A DNA stretch of 63,985 nucleotides, filler included, from Conidiobolus incongruus B7586 (taxonomy: Eukaryota), in the NCBI GenBank assembly GCA_000697335.1. It is 12 parts of 12 records of this genome, joined end to end, with 100 filler letters (N's around TTAATTAATTAA, not from the genome) between each part and the next. Parts side by side here need not be neighbours in the genome. Positions count along the whole stretch, not along the records: positions 1 to 11,122 come from JNEM01007061.1; positions 11,223 to 13,588 come from JNEM01007066.1; 10 more parts are not named here. The stretch is one strand, 5' to 3'. Positions 1 through 12,161 of this stretch are shown here, piece after piece. The notes beneath the pieces were generated by a model, which saw only the letters and a list, made by a program, of their open reading frames with translations, searched no databases and had not been told where the DNA came from. The position numbers and the translations under genes were made by a program. The first letter of the stretch is position 1; the number at the start of each line of letters is the position of its first letter.

Positions 1-2959
1 TTTTGTAACTTTTTAATATCATTTTCCAAACTTTGGGAACCAATTTTAAGCTGGTCCAGTTCTTGAGAGTGTTTTACAATACTGTCTTTGAGCTGCTGCT
101 TCTTTTCTAAATCTTCAGGCGTAGAGACAGGTTGTTTCTCTAAGTTAACATACTGAGCTTTAGCAGCTTGGATTTGAGCATGATATGAATCGAAATCAAG
201 TTTAAGTTTAGAGGTGGTTACATCCAAATTGGGTAACTCTCGATTCACTCTTTCTATCTTATTCTCTAAATCCTGTAGATCTTTTTGGAATTTTTCCCAT
301 TTCTTTTCTTTATCCCTGAGATTTGCCTCTAAATGTGCTAATCTTTCTGAGCTTACACCTTCGTCTGCAAATTTTGAGCTCATTGCACCTTTTGCAACTC
401 GAGTACCACCACCAGTCATTGTACCCGATTTGTCAATCAATTTACCATCTAAGGTAACAACTCTCCATCTTTGTTTACCATAAGCAATTTGATTGGCTTG
501 ACTCATGTTGGTAGCAACTAATGTATCTTTGAGTACACTATAAAATGCCGGCTTATACATAGGATCCTTTGGTTTTACCAAATCAAAGAGACGAGGAACA
601 TTCTGAGGAGTATCAATTCGATTCAAATTGAATTTGGAAAGTTTCTCTAATACAATAAAGACACCTCTTCCAAGATTGTGATCTTTCAAATACTTGATAC
701 ATGACTGAGCAGTGGCAACTGTATCTACTACTATATTGTCCAACTGTGGACAGCATGTGGAGATGGCGACATCAAATTTTTCTTCGATAACTCCCAGCGA
801 TCCTAGACGACCATGGATACCAGGAATTCTTCCCAGCTCCTTTTCTTTCATCAACGCTTCTAACATTCGACTTTGAGCTTTGGCGGTTTGGACTAAATTT
901 CGAGCTTCAGATGCCTTTTGTCTAGAGGATTGGAGTTCGTCTTGGAGCTGAGCTTCGTAAAGCTTTGCTTGTTTCATTTGGTTATTCATCTGCTCCAAGG
1001 CTTCAGTCATCTTGTTCTTTTTCTCAACAGTTTTTTGAATTTCACTTTCTTTGGCAGCTCGATTCTCTCGAAGTTCAATAATTCTAGATTTTAGTTCCTC
1101 AATCTGCTTTTGAACCAGATTTTCTTTCTCATCTAAAAGATTGAGCTCAGATTTCGCAACTTCAATAAGTGATTGCTGTTGACGAATTTTTTCATTCCAA
1201 GGAGCCAATTCTTTTTGCTTAGCCTCAATTTGAATAGTGTATTCATCAGTTTTTCCTAATCAGTTTATAAGCTGTCTATCCCATTAAATTACTCTTTTTG
1301 TTTACCTTTCATTGACTCAACAATTTCATTTAAGACCACTGATTCTTGTTTTAAGGATTCCTCCAATTCTTTCAATTCATTCTGTGATTTGACAATATCT
1401 TTCTCATGATTCTGAATCCATGTCTCATTTTCTGAAGCTTTGAGTCTTTCCTAGATACAGAACAAATTAATCAATAAATCGATTTCAATTGTAGACTATT
1501 TAGAATACCTTTTCCAAAATTTTTTCAGACTTTTTAAGCTTACTAGTTAAATGCTTCCTCTTTTCTTGAATCTGGATTTCTTCTTTATCCAATTTTTCAA
1601 TTTTGGAACTAATTTCGCTATATTTACGTTCCAAAGTTTCGAATTCTTGAGTTAGAGCAGAATTCTGTTTAGAAAGTTGGTCCTCTTCTTCTTTAATTCC
1701 GCTGAACTTTTGGATCTCTTCTTCGAACTTCTGTTGCAGCTCTGTCTGTTAAAATTGTTAATAATATAGATTATATCATGATAATCTATAAGGTTACCAA
1801 TTTCGATTCGGACTCTTTGGCTTTTACGCTACTTTCGAGTATATAATATTGAAACAATGTAGATTTTTTAAGGGTAACGTTATTTTCCATTGTGATATAA
1901 GACTCAGCTATCTGCTTGGTACTCTCTAAAGAGTTCTTTTCCTTTTCGACAATTTTAAGTCTTGTCAATTTTTCGGATCGAGCTTCATTGAGTCTATCAA
2001 GGTTTTGACCAGCTTCTTCGATAGGCTGTTTATACTTTGAAGTTCCAATAATATCTTCCAAGTACTCCAAAAGACCATCTTCATGAGGATTGGATGCCTT
2101 CGCTTTCATCTGAGATATCGATTCGACTTCACCTTGTAGAATCAAAAATCTTTTATGATCCAAATCAATACCCTTTCCTTTTAAAAGAGTAGTAACATCA
2201 GTATAGGAGCTGACTTGGTTATTTATAAAATATTTGCTAGTATTATTCAGATAAGCAGTACGCTTAATAATAAGCTCAGTGTTTGGAACAAATTCATAAT
2301 CCTCCCCCTATAAAAAATTTTAATTAAGTAATAATCATAAATTAATTTAATAAATAATACTTTATCTAAAATCTCTTGAAAATGTACTTCAACTGAGCAA
2401 TCATTGAATTTTTGAGCATTCTTAGAATTATGAATAAGCTCAGACAATTTCCCTTGCCTCATTTTACTAGCTCTATAGCCGAATACAAATAATAATGAGT
2501 CGATGACATTGGATTTTCCAGAGCCATTAGGTCCAACAATTGAGGTAAAATTCTAAATAATATGTTAAATTTAAGGTAAAAATGGATAAAATTGCATAAA
2601 AATACTTTATGAAAAGGACCAATAACTTGAATACCAGCATAAGACTTGAAGTTTTCCAATACCATTTGGGTTATAATTAGTCTTTTAGTTGGTTCAAAAG
2701 GTTTTTGAGATTTAACCGATTGGCGTTGGGAAAGTCTTCTGGAAGCCATCGACAGCCTGGGTTCAGACTTTTTATTTTGAGTACTATCAACGTTTACTTC
2801 GTTAGACTCAGATCTAGAATAATTATTATCAACATTTGTAGTTTCATTAGTTTCAGAGCTTTGGGTATCATTATTTTGAGCATCAACTGGCACAATAGGC
2901 TCGGAGTTTGCATTATTAATATTATTAAAGTTTATCTCTTCATTAATTTGCTTTTCCAT
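1..2959 (-). CDS. SMC4: Condensin subunit SMC4, 5' part (runs off the window). Exons about 2959-2606, 2552-2361, 2307-1798, 1745-1509, 1450-1306, 1255-<1
   Basis: Spliced translation gives LENFKSYAG..GPFHK/NFTSIVGPNGSGKSNVID (Walker A), RFLILQGEVESISQMK, GLLEYLEDIIGT, a coiled coil and a hinge (GIHGRLGSLG, VVTLDGKLIDKSGTMTGGG). GT-AG introns preserve the frame. Confidence 0.96.
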
Positions 2960-3445
2960 TGAAAGAAATTATTAACTGAATTTAAAGATATTAAATGATT
3001 GATTATTAATTTTGATTTATATCCCTAGTTGAATGAAATATAATATAATATTATTTATCATAATAATTATGGGATAATTAGATTATAATATGCCTAAATC
3101 TATTGATCAGAACGTCAATCATTAAAATTAGCAATTATTAAATATTTGTGTGATTTATTGCTTATATTGAGCTACCTAATTTATTAATCTGTGCTTTGTT
3201 TTGTATTGGATTTTATATTTTATCCATTATATAATTCAAACAATATAAAAACATATTTTTTAAAAGTAAATTTCTTGATATTAATTTGATTAGTACTAAA
3301 AATATTTATTATTAAACCGTAAATTAGAGCATTAGTAAAAAGATCAATTTGATTATGAAAAATCATAATTATATTAGAAATAAATAAAAAATTTATTACA
3401 TCCAGGATATTGATTGAATCTTTATTTAAAACTTTTCATATAATA

Positions 3446-3517
3446 TGACGAGTGAGAGACTCGAACTCCCAGCCTTCCGCTCTGGAGGCGGACGCGCTAC
3501 CATTGCGCCAACATGTC
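3446..3517 (-). tRNA. tRNA-Trp(CCA), intronless
   Basis: Reverse complement is GACATGT TGGCGCAATGGTAGCGCG TCCGC CTCCAGA GCGGA AGGCT GGGAG TTCGAGT CTCTC ACTCGTC A. D, anticodon and T arms plus A/B boxes are present, with TTTT downstream. Confidence 0.93.
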
Positions 3518-3527
3518 ATTAATTTGC

Positions 3528-3836
3528 TGTCACATATCTAATCCCATTTCTCCTAAGTCTCATAACATTTTACCAATAGAATCATATCACATGCATATGA
3601 CTCTATCTTAATTCTGGTATTAGTGTATAAATACCGTCTTTGGTACAATAACTAAGCTTTGGCTTGTTATTGTGTGAAATATCTACAATATACTTTATAT
3701 TTGTTCTTAACATATTTCTCTTTATTAGTAGTCTACCTACCAATGCACAGTATAGTTCTAGTTGTGTGGGTCATGGGTTGATGACAACTCCCAGTAGATC
3801 ATGATCTCAGCGGCAGTGCCACTGAGTGCTGTGACA
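3528..3836. mobile_element. Solo LTR (309 bp) directly upstream of tRNA-Trp
   Basis: Ends TGTCACA...TGTGACA form a perfect 7 bp inverted terminus. Flanks TTTGC / TTTGT look like a 5 bp TSD with one C>T change. Confidence 0.72.
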
Positions 3837-4771
3837 TTTGTTATATCAAGTTTATTATATTTGCATTAATTATCAATCCAGTACACCAATCTCATGAATT
3901 TTTTCAATTTGTCAAAACAAAGTATTAGTTATTGTTTCAATATTTTTAGATATTTTTATTTCAAATAATAAGTTAATATCAATAACCGTCTCATATCTTT
4001 ACTTTCAACCAAATTCTCCTACTTTGACATATATTAATTTTTATATTTTTTACTCATCAGATTGTATATTATGTATTTATACTATTCAATAGTTAATTAT
4101 ATTTAAGAATTTCTTGAATAATAGTATATCGAAAATCATAACAAAGAAATTTGTTCTTAATATTAATTGAATATTGAATTAATTAATTACTATTTGATAT
4201 AATGCTCTGCGAGTAAAACGTAATTTCTATATTATTAGTTATATACTCATATGATATATTGAATATAAAATCAAAGTAACTAATACTCTGATTGGATTAG
4301 TTAATTTCAATATATAAGATTGTACTTGTTAAGGTCGAATTGGAAGTATTATTTGAATTAATTGCAATTGTAAAGCAAAATATTTAATATATGCTTTAAA
4401 AACTCTTAAGTATAGTATTAAGTTTAAAAAATCAACTTGTATAAAACCTCGAAAATTAACGATCTAAGCATTAGTTTTAATTACTGTGTTTAGTTAGATA
4501 TTTTGATTCAAAATCTATTAATGAATTTCAAATAAAATATGAAATATATCAGAGTGAAAGAAGTATTTTGTTAAAATTATCAGCCAATATTTATTAAATA
4601 TGATCATATAACATGCCGAAGATGTTTTTAAATCATTAAAGATCGGATTATCTGATACAATTAATCATTATATAATCCCACTATTTGAAATTTATATTTA
4701 ATCAACATAAATTTTTAACCCAATCGGCCGCAAAAATCCAAATTCCATTAAATTCTAAAATATTCTAAAGA

Positions 4772-5530
4772 ATGATTGCTCGCGCTGCCGTACATAACAT
4801 TTCTAAATTAGCTTTAAGATCTACTTTACGTCAAGTCAAGGTCGTTGCTCCCCTTGCCAAACTCTCTCTTCGTACTTTTGCCACTACTCCCATCCGTGCC
4901 GCCAGTGCCGGTCTTGTTGATTCCGATTTGGCTCACAAACTCAACGAAGAACTTCAATTCGAAAAGGAAGAAGGCGATATTGAAATCAGCGAAGCCATGA
5001 AGGAATACATTGACAAGTCTCCCTTCAAGATTCATGACGTTGAAGGTCATGATGAAGTTACCTTAACCCGCCAATTTGGTAACGAAAAGGTCGACGTCAT
5101 CTTCTCTATCAAAGATATTGGCTCCTTGCCCGTCGATGATGTCGATGTTGATGAAGGTGAAGTTGTTGATGACCTTGGTAACGCTCCTATCCGCTGTGCT
5201 ATTATCATCTCCAAACCCAACGGTGGTTCCTTAAGCATTGACACTGTCATTGACAGCGATTACTTCAACATCGAAGGTATCACCTACTTCAAGGATGGCA
5301 AGTTGGCTGCCGAAGATACTGCTGAAGCTGACTGGGCTCGTCGTGCCGTCTACGGAGGTCCCATCTTCGCCGACTTAGACGAAAGTTTACAAATTTTATT
5401 CGAACGCTACTTACAAGAACGTGGTATTACTACCGATCTCGCCTTATTTATCCCCAACTACATCCAATACAAAGAACAAAAGGAATATCTCAAATGGTTG
5501 AGCAATGTCCATGACTTTATCAAGGCTTAA
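4772..5530 (+). CDS. MAM33: Mitochondrial acidic matrix protein (Mam33/p32/C1QBP family)
   Basis: Arg-rich targeting presequence, acidic body, and C-terminal YGGPIFADLDESLQ..YLQERGI..KEQKEYLKWL motif. Codon usage is strongly biased. Confidence 0.93.
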   Translation: MIARAAVHNISKLALRSTLRQVKVVAPLAKLSLRTFATTPIRAASAGLVDSDLAHKLNEELQFEKEEGDIEISEAMKEYIDKSPFKIHDVEGHDEVTLTRQFGNEKVDVIFSIKDIGSLPVDDVDVDEGEVVDDLGNAPIRCAIIISKPNGGSLSIDTVIDSDYFNIEGITYFKDGKLAAEDTAEADWARRAVYGGPIFADLDESLQILFERYLQERGITTDLALFIPNYIQYKEQKEYLKWLSNVHDFIKA

Positions 5531-5878
5531 ATCTTATTAAATTCATATAAAGTATATATATAAAATTACAGATAAAAATAGACTATATATTTAATATTTA
5601 ATAGCCAACTATATTTTTCCATTTTATCACTATAATTTATATTAAATTTTGATGAAACATTTAGAGAATTATATATTTCAGTACCTCTGACTATTAGTTA
5701 TAATAACATTCATACAATTTATATAAATGAAGTCTTTTTTTGGAGAGTTATAATAGAAAAGCATTTAGGATATGCGTCAAAATTTAAAATAATATTTAAA
5801 GCTAAAACTAAAGTTTTGTATTTAATAAATGAATTTATTAATAATTTGACTCCTTGAAGAATAAAAATACTAAAATAA

Positions 5879-6232
5879 TTATTTTTCTTTACTTAGTTCC
5901 TTTAAAAAATCAGATAATTCTTTGTCATTATTAGAATTATTGCCATTGTCATTCTCTTGTGTAATGCTAGGTTTTTTAATCGATATATTGGGTAAATAAT
6001 TTCCGTAATGATATTGAATTAAATCGAATAAACTATCTTTAGAAGGCCTTGAGCTAGGTTTGTCAAGAGAAGTTTGAGATCTTTCATATAAAATATAACT
6101 TGCAATCCCAATTACACATGATACTAACAAATCTCCTTTACTACATCAAAAGTTATTTATTAGTATATAATCAATAGTTTCCATTCTTCAATCTTACGGT
6201 GAAATAATATGAGTAAATCTTTTCACAGCCAT
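5879..6232 (-). CDS. NCE101: Small NCE101-like membrane protein (98 aa). Exons 6232-6198 and 6140-5879
   Basis: Spliced (GTAAG...TAG) product MAVKRFTHIISPKGDLLVSCVIGIASYILYER..RP..SLFDLI resembles the Nce101 pattern (D-hydrophobic helix-G..SY..YER..RP...L.ELI). Confidence 0.6.
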
Positions 6233-6238
6233 AAAAGC

Positions 6239-6266
<28 letters not shown>
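6239..6266. repeat. (TA)n microsatellite
   Basis: Uninterrupted AT dinucleotide run. Confidence 0.95.
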
Positions 6267-6269
<3 letters not shown>

Positions 6270-6614
6270 TTGAAACCTAGAATTATAATAATTTATTAAA
6301 TGACCTTCTAAATTTTTATTATAATTTTGAATTATTATGGGACAATAGTACAGATTCAGCTTGACATTTTGTCACAAAAATTAAAAAATCACTCTATAAA
6401 TAGTTATCAAGTTTCCTTGTAGAATAAACTATGTAAAATATATTGATTATTTACACTAAACGAAGCCATATCTAATGTGTCTATAGTATTTTTGAAAACT
6501 TGTATTAGCAATATTCGATTTAACATTATTTAAGTTTATTAAGCTAATTTACAATTAAAATTGATAATCAGCTTATTAACTGATATATTATACATTGATT
6601 GATTTCAAAAAAAA

Positions 6615-7960
6615 TCATTTCTTTGAATATATAATCCTAGTAACTGTAACCGGACTAAGTGGGGTGGATTTTTTCTCTTCCTTATTTTGAGGGGAATTGA
6701 AAGGTGCTTTCTTCGAAATACAAGATTTCTTGGGAGCGTTGACTTTGGTCTTGACTGGAGAGCAGAATCTTTCACCAAGTGTAATGGATTGATTTTTGTG
6801 AAATTCTTTATACTGAGGTACATCGTTCCAGGTGATTTTTCTGAATTTTTTGGGTGACTCCATGGAATCATCACAGTCAGCATCATTTTCACCATCACTT
6901 TGTATCGTAATGGGCGCTGGCGATTCTTTATTTTTTTCAGATGCGCTCTTGGTAATGGTGACATAGTGCTTGTCTCGAAGGCTAATGATATTCTTTTCAG
7001 TGTTTTCCTTGGTGATTAACTCTAATTCATCCATTGAATCAGAAGGTGGTTCAACTTCAAGCTTCTTGGGCTTGGGCTTGGGCTTGGCCTTTTTAGGAGG
7101 CGCAAAATAATGTTTTCTCGGTTTCCTTCGTTTCCTAGTTGTTTTTGGCTTGGATGATGAACCTGAGTCTGAATTAATAGACTGTGAAGACTCTAAATCG
7201 GAGGATAGATCTAATAATGGAAGGATTAAATATCCGAAAATTATAATAACTACAGATTAAAGTTACCCGACTGTTCAAGACTCTTCTTTTTAATATACAA
7301 TGGTTTATGTATCAATCCATCTATTTCATCCTCTGTTGATAAATTAACAGAATCAATTGAATAAAGTGATAGCAGCTCTGGATTAGATAGTCGATTTTGA
7401 GAATCACTAGGTAGTTCGCTTATTTGGCTATCGGAGTTATTCGTAAGATTTGGTAATGAAAATGAATTCGATTCAGGCTCAGTTTGACCTAATTTAATAT
7501 TCATATCATCATTATTGTGTTCAGAATGCTCATGATTTTTTGAGATGTTTGATTCATATCTTTGGTCATTTTCTGAGATAGTATCTATTTCTGTTGAAAT
7601 ATTCGAGACTAGTTCAGATTCATTCGAAGAAATTTGCGCATTTTCGGAGCATACCTTAAAAGAATCGGACAATACCCTTTGCTCTATATCTTGGTTGCAA
7701 TTATTCGATCCTATTTTTTTAGAAATTGAATAGTCTTTGAAACCAAGCTCATAATCGAATATAAGTTTACGAACAGGCGATGAAGAATGTGTTATATTTG
7801 AACTGTCAGTTGTTGTAACAAAATTACTAGCCTCGACATTTTGAATATTATTCGAATTTATAGAAATTTCATTCTGAAGATCATTATCAGGATAATTTGT
7901 GGCTGACGAATATAATGTTACTGGGGAATTAAATGAGGCCTTGGCAGAAGTGGAACCCAT
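6615..7960 (-). CDS. Hypothetical low-complexity Ser/Asn-rich, probably nuclear protein (about 429 aa). Exons 7960-7267 and 7210-6615
   Basis: Two ORFs are joined in frame by a GTAACT...TAG intron. Contains a basic NLS-like stretch RKRRKPRK and a PK repeat. Confidence 0.75.
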
Positions 7961-8215
7961 TGCTCATTCGATCTAAAGGAATGAAAATAAATTAATTGTT
8001 TAAAAGTATTATTATTTGTATAAATATTATATATAAAAAAGTATTAACAGAAAAATAGAATGATTGATATCTTAAGAATGAATTTATCAATTTATCCATC
8101 AACAGAAGATGATGGGATTAAATATTCAAACCCATATTTTCCTTTTTTAGAAAAGTGCTATTTAATAAAGTGGGATAGTGGCATTTGAGTCATTTGACTA
8201 TAGATTAAATTTAAC

Positions 8216-9163
8216 ATGCTTTTGAATTATAATACGATTTTGGTAATTATGAGTTAATTTATATCCTTTGTGTTTTAATTAATATCAAATAGGATAGTGA
8301 TAAGTTGACTTTAGTTCCTTATCGACCTGAGCATGTTGCTAAATATCATGATTGGATGGAAGATGAAGAGATTAGAGGTATTTAGTACTAATTACTCTAC
8401 TTAAAAAAATTACTCACTTTTTTAAATCATAGAACAAACAGCTTCGGAGAGGCTTACTTTGGAGGAAGAATATGAAATGCAAGAAAGCTGGAAAAATGAT
8501 CAAGATAGTAATACACATAATATTATTTTATATCAAATACAAATAACTAAAAATCAATCAATAGAATGTACTTTTATTATTCTCGATAAGGTACAAGAGT
8601 TATCAGTTGAATCAAAAGAAATTTTAAAACCAAGTAGAATTTTAAACTCAAGTAATTAACAATATACTAAGCATAACCAATATAGAAATGATTGGTGATG
8701 TTAATATATTTATTCATGATTTTGATGGTGAAAAACATGGCGAGCTAGAATTAATGATTGCTGGTAATATCAACAATGAACACTAATTTATTCTCAAAAT
8801 TGACGCTTTATATAGAGAAAGATTATAGAACAAAAGGATATGGAACTCAAGCTATATTCCTAATGATGGCATATGGTATAGTCATCGAAATTAGTTTTCT
8901 AATTAGCTTTAACTCATTTAACTTAAATAGGCCATTTGAAAATTGGATTGAAGCGATATGAAGTCAAAATTGGTATAGAAAATCAAGCTAGTATTAACTT
9001 GTTCAAGAACAAACTTGGTTTTGAACAAATCAGCTTCTCGCAAGCTTTCCAAGAGGTTACATTGGAGTTACTTATAGAAGAAGGTAAATCATATCCCTGG
9101 ATTGAGCTATACCAAAAAGCTAAGAAATTGGAATATGATTCCTTTAAATGGAGCTATGAATAA
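8216..9163 (+). CDS. NAT9: GNAT N-acetyltransferase 9-like, 7 exons (8216-8242, 8293-8377, 8433-8507, 8565-8633, 8686-8763, 8816-8875, 8931-9163)
   Basis: Spliced product contains LVPYRPEHVAKYHDWM, TASERLTLEEEYEMQESW..D.DKCTFIIL, MIGDVNIF, GELELMIAE...R.KGYG and N..SI.LF..LGF. Confidence 0.92.
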
Positions 9164-9339
9164 AATATAGAACTCTTATTAACCCAATTTTTCAATTCAA
9201 AAATCACTTTAAAGCTTAAATATCATTCAATTAGTTTTCTAGTTATTATAAATATTAAAACTAAAATATTAAGTTCAAACAACAGATAAAAATCTGATGA
9301 ATATTTACTTTACAATAATAAATCCAATGTAAATTCAAA

Positions 9340-10309
9340 CTAGGATTCCGTCTTGGATTGAAGTGTAGATTGTGGGAGTTTAGGTGGATTGACTGAAGAA
9401 GTTGGATTAGGACCTTGGGGACCTTTGTATTGAACACCCAAAAAATTGCAAATGTGTTCTAAACGATCACTACCAAAGAAAAATCCCTCTACTTTATCAA
9501 GTCGATAAACAAATATTGATGGTACACCGAAAATTCCTCTCGCAACTGTACGCTTTGTCACCGCAATCAGATCATCGCGAGTTTGCACGCCACTTGCTTC
9601 GTCAACAATCGATGCGCTACTGGAAAGACCCAAAGCAGTCAACTCATCAATCAGGACCTGTTGTTGAGAAATATCTTTCCCATCAATCCATAACGCTTCC
9701 TACAAAATACGCATATTACAAATTGAATAGTTTAATTATCCAAAATTTCTTACAAATAACTAAAAATTCAGTTAGTATATTGAGTATAATATTACAAATA
9801 TTATTAACTCACTCCCCTGGTGACAGTAATTAGCTGATCAGGATACTTCAATTTTATTAAAGTTAAAACTTGCTGGGCTAACATTGTTGATTCTGGTAAT
9901 TCCTCAGGCATTCCTTCGAAAGGAACTAAAATATGAATATTAGTCAAAGTAACGTAATAATAAACTAAAGTTGATATATACTATTAAATAGCTTGGTGGC
10001 TCTACCCATATCTTCTATCTTGTTCAGAATTAGTATTTATACAAAGATGAAATATATCTAAAACGTTTACATAGTAATCAAATTTTGCAGGGATTGAATA
10101 TGGACTCGGGTTTCCAGTATCCTAAAAAATTAACTTCGTTGAATTATACTAATAATATATAAATTATATACCACTAAAATCTGCTGTAATGATACAGGAA
10201 CCAATTTCAATTCAGCTTTCCATTCCTTATTATATCTCAAAATACTTTCAAATGCAAAATAACTATATGGAGAGATTACATCAAAACAAAAGGTAATTAT
10301 ATTGCTCAT
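9340..10309 (-). CDS. Kappa-class glutathione S-transferase / DsbA-like (HCCA isomerase family), multi-exon
   Basis: N-terminus MSNIITFCFDVISPYSYFAF and C-terminal T..A..RGIFGVPSIFV...FFGSDRLE motifs. Confidence 0.88.
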
Positions 10310-11122
10310 GTTTTTAACTATTTAATATAATCAGTTTAAGGATTGGCAACGTCACTTAAATGGTGAATTAAATTTGATTTTTAATAATTTACTTTTTAAT
10401 TATTACTAAATTAAGTGTAAAAGTGACTTTAGTTATTGCTACATTATGAAAAATAGATTATTTTATTCAAATAATTATGTTATCATATTTTCAAAATGAA
10501 TATTGTAAGTATATTATATAAATATATAAGATCAATATTGTAAAACAACTTGGCTTCTAAAATGTTAGTATTTTTGATAAAAATCAGTTGAATTAAGCTT
10601 CATTTTTACCAATTATTAGGGATTAAATTGGTTATATAATTGTAATATTATTTGATTTTAAGATCATCTTATATAGCTCTAAATTATAATAAAGTCAAAT
10701 AAACAATATAAAAAATTTTGCAAATTGAAAAATAAAATTTATAAATTAACTTGAATATTAATTTGTAATATAATATATATTATTGATAACATCTAAAAAC
10801 ATTTAATTGAACTATAGTATTATAGTTAATCAAATATAATGATTATAATAATATTGATTACTTATCACGAGTAAAAATAAAATATTATGATTTGCTTTTA
10901 ATTTTAATAATTTCATATGAAATTGATGACTTAAAATTACATTCTGTATTAAAAAAATAACAATTGCTAAATTTTATTTAAGGAAATATGTCTCTAAAGA
11001 ATTATTGAAAGTATATTTGATAAATATTTATCAAAAAATATTTAAAAATTATATCTTATATAAAAGTTGAATTTTTCGATATTTCATTACCCAATCATTT
11101 TGTGAAAAATATAAAAATAATA

Positions 11123-11222
11123 NNNNNNNNNNNNNNNNNNNNNNNNNNNNNNNNNNNNNNNNNNNNTTAATTAATTAANNNNNNNNNNNNNNNNNNNNNN
11201 NNNNNNNNNNNNNNNNNNNNNN
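11123..11222. other. Assembly spacer N-TTAATTAATTAA-N (also at 13589, 15240, 17337, 19537, 21502, 37746, 40405, 53410, 59635, 62768)
   Basis: Identical 100 bp blocks carrying a six-frame stop linker. Confidence 0.97.
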
Positions 11223-12161
11223 TTTAGTTAAAAATCTATAAAACAGTTTTTATATATAAAATACAATTATTTAAAGTTTTTAAATAAATTAAAATATTGT
11301 TTAAATAACATATAATAAAATCATTATAATATTTGCTAAATAAGCTATTCATAGTGTTTTATAAATATAACAAATATATTATAAAATTTAAAATGCATAA
11401 CTTTAAACTTATAATATTTAAATTCATAATTAAAAATAATAAAAAAATATTTTGTTTATCAATTAAAATATTATAATAATTGTTCTTAAGATTTATTTTC
11501 GTAAAATAATTTATATTTATGAATATATCTTTAATTTTATTTAAATTAAGAAAAAAAGTTTTATTTTTAATTTTTTTATTAAAAACTTTATTATTGATGT
11601 AAAATCACTAACTTTTATGATATTTTTTAATAAAAAAGACTAGTAAACTTTAAAGGCTTATAGAGAGATATATAAAACTTAATTTTAACAAATTATTTAT
11701 TTCTTCAAAAAGAAGATTATATTATTTAAAAAAAATATAATAAAATAATTGATGATAAAGTTTAATATTAGATAATAATTTAAACTTATAATATATATTT
11801 TTTTAATAATAAAATAATTAAAATTCTAAAAATATTATTATATTTATTAATATCTTTATATAATAAATTTTTAATATTTAAAACATCTTTTAAATTCTCT
11901 AAAGAAATAAAAATAACATTAAAGTTGATATAAGCTATACTTGATTAATTTGTTTACTTTTTAATTTAATTTACAAAAGATATTCTTAAAATTATTATAT
12001 TATTAAAAAAAGAATTATTAATTTTATCTTTTATAATAAGATTAGTTATTAACTCTTAACTTAAACTATTATAATAAAATAAGAAAATATACTCATTAAA
12101 TAAACTTTTATTGATAATGTTTAAATAATACTTTTAAAACCAATTAAAGCTTAAAATAATA

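Noticed and set aside
214..483. Plus-strand ORFs 214-483 and 2705-2962
   Set aside because: Antisense shadows of SMC4.
3760..3836. Hairpin-rich GC segment considered as tRNA-Sec, snRNA or ribozyme
   Set aside because: No cloverleaf or conserved cores. It is better explained as the end of the solo LTR.
4826..5250. Minus-strand ORFs over MAM33, and alternate-frame ORFs over the 6615, GST, Hsp70, 35267 and Zn-cluster genes
   Set aside because: Shadow or alternate frames of better-supported genes.
11223..12161. Possible reverse transcriptase relic (KKTSKL*RLIERYIKLN-like)
   Set aside because: Too degraded to confirm by eye.
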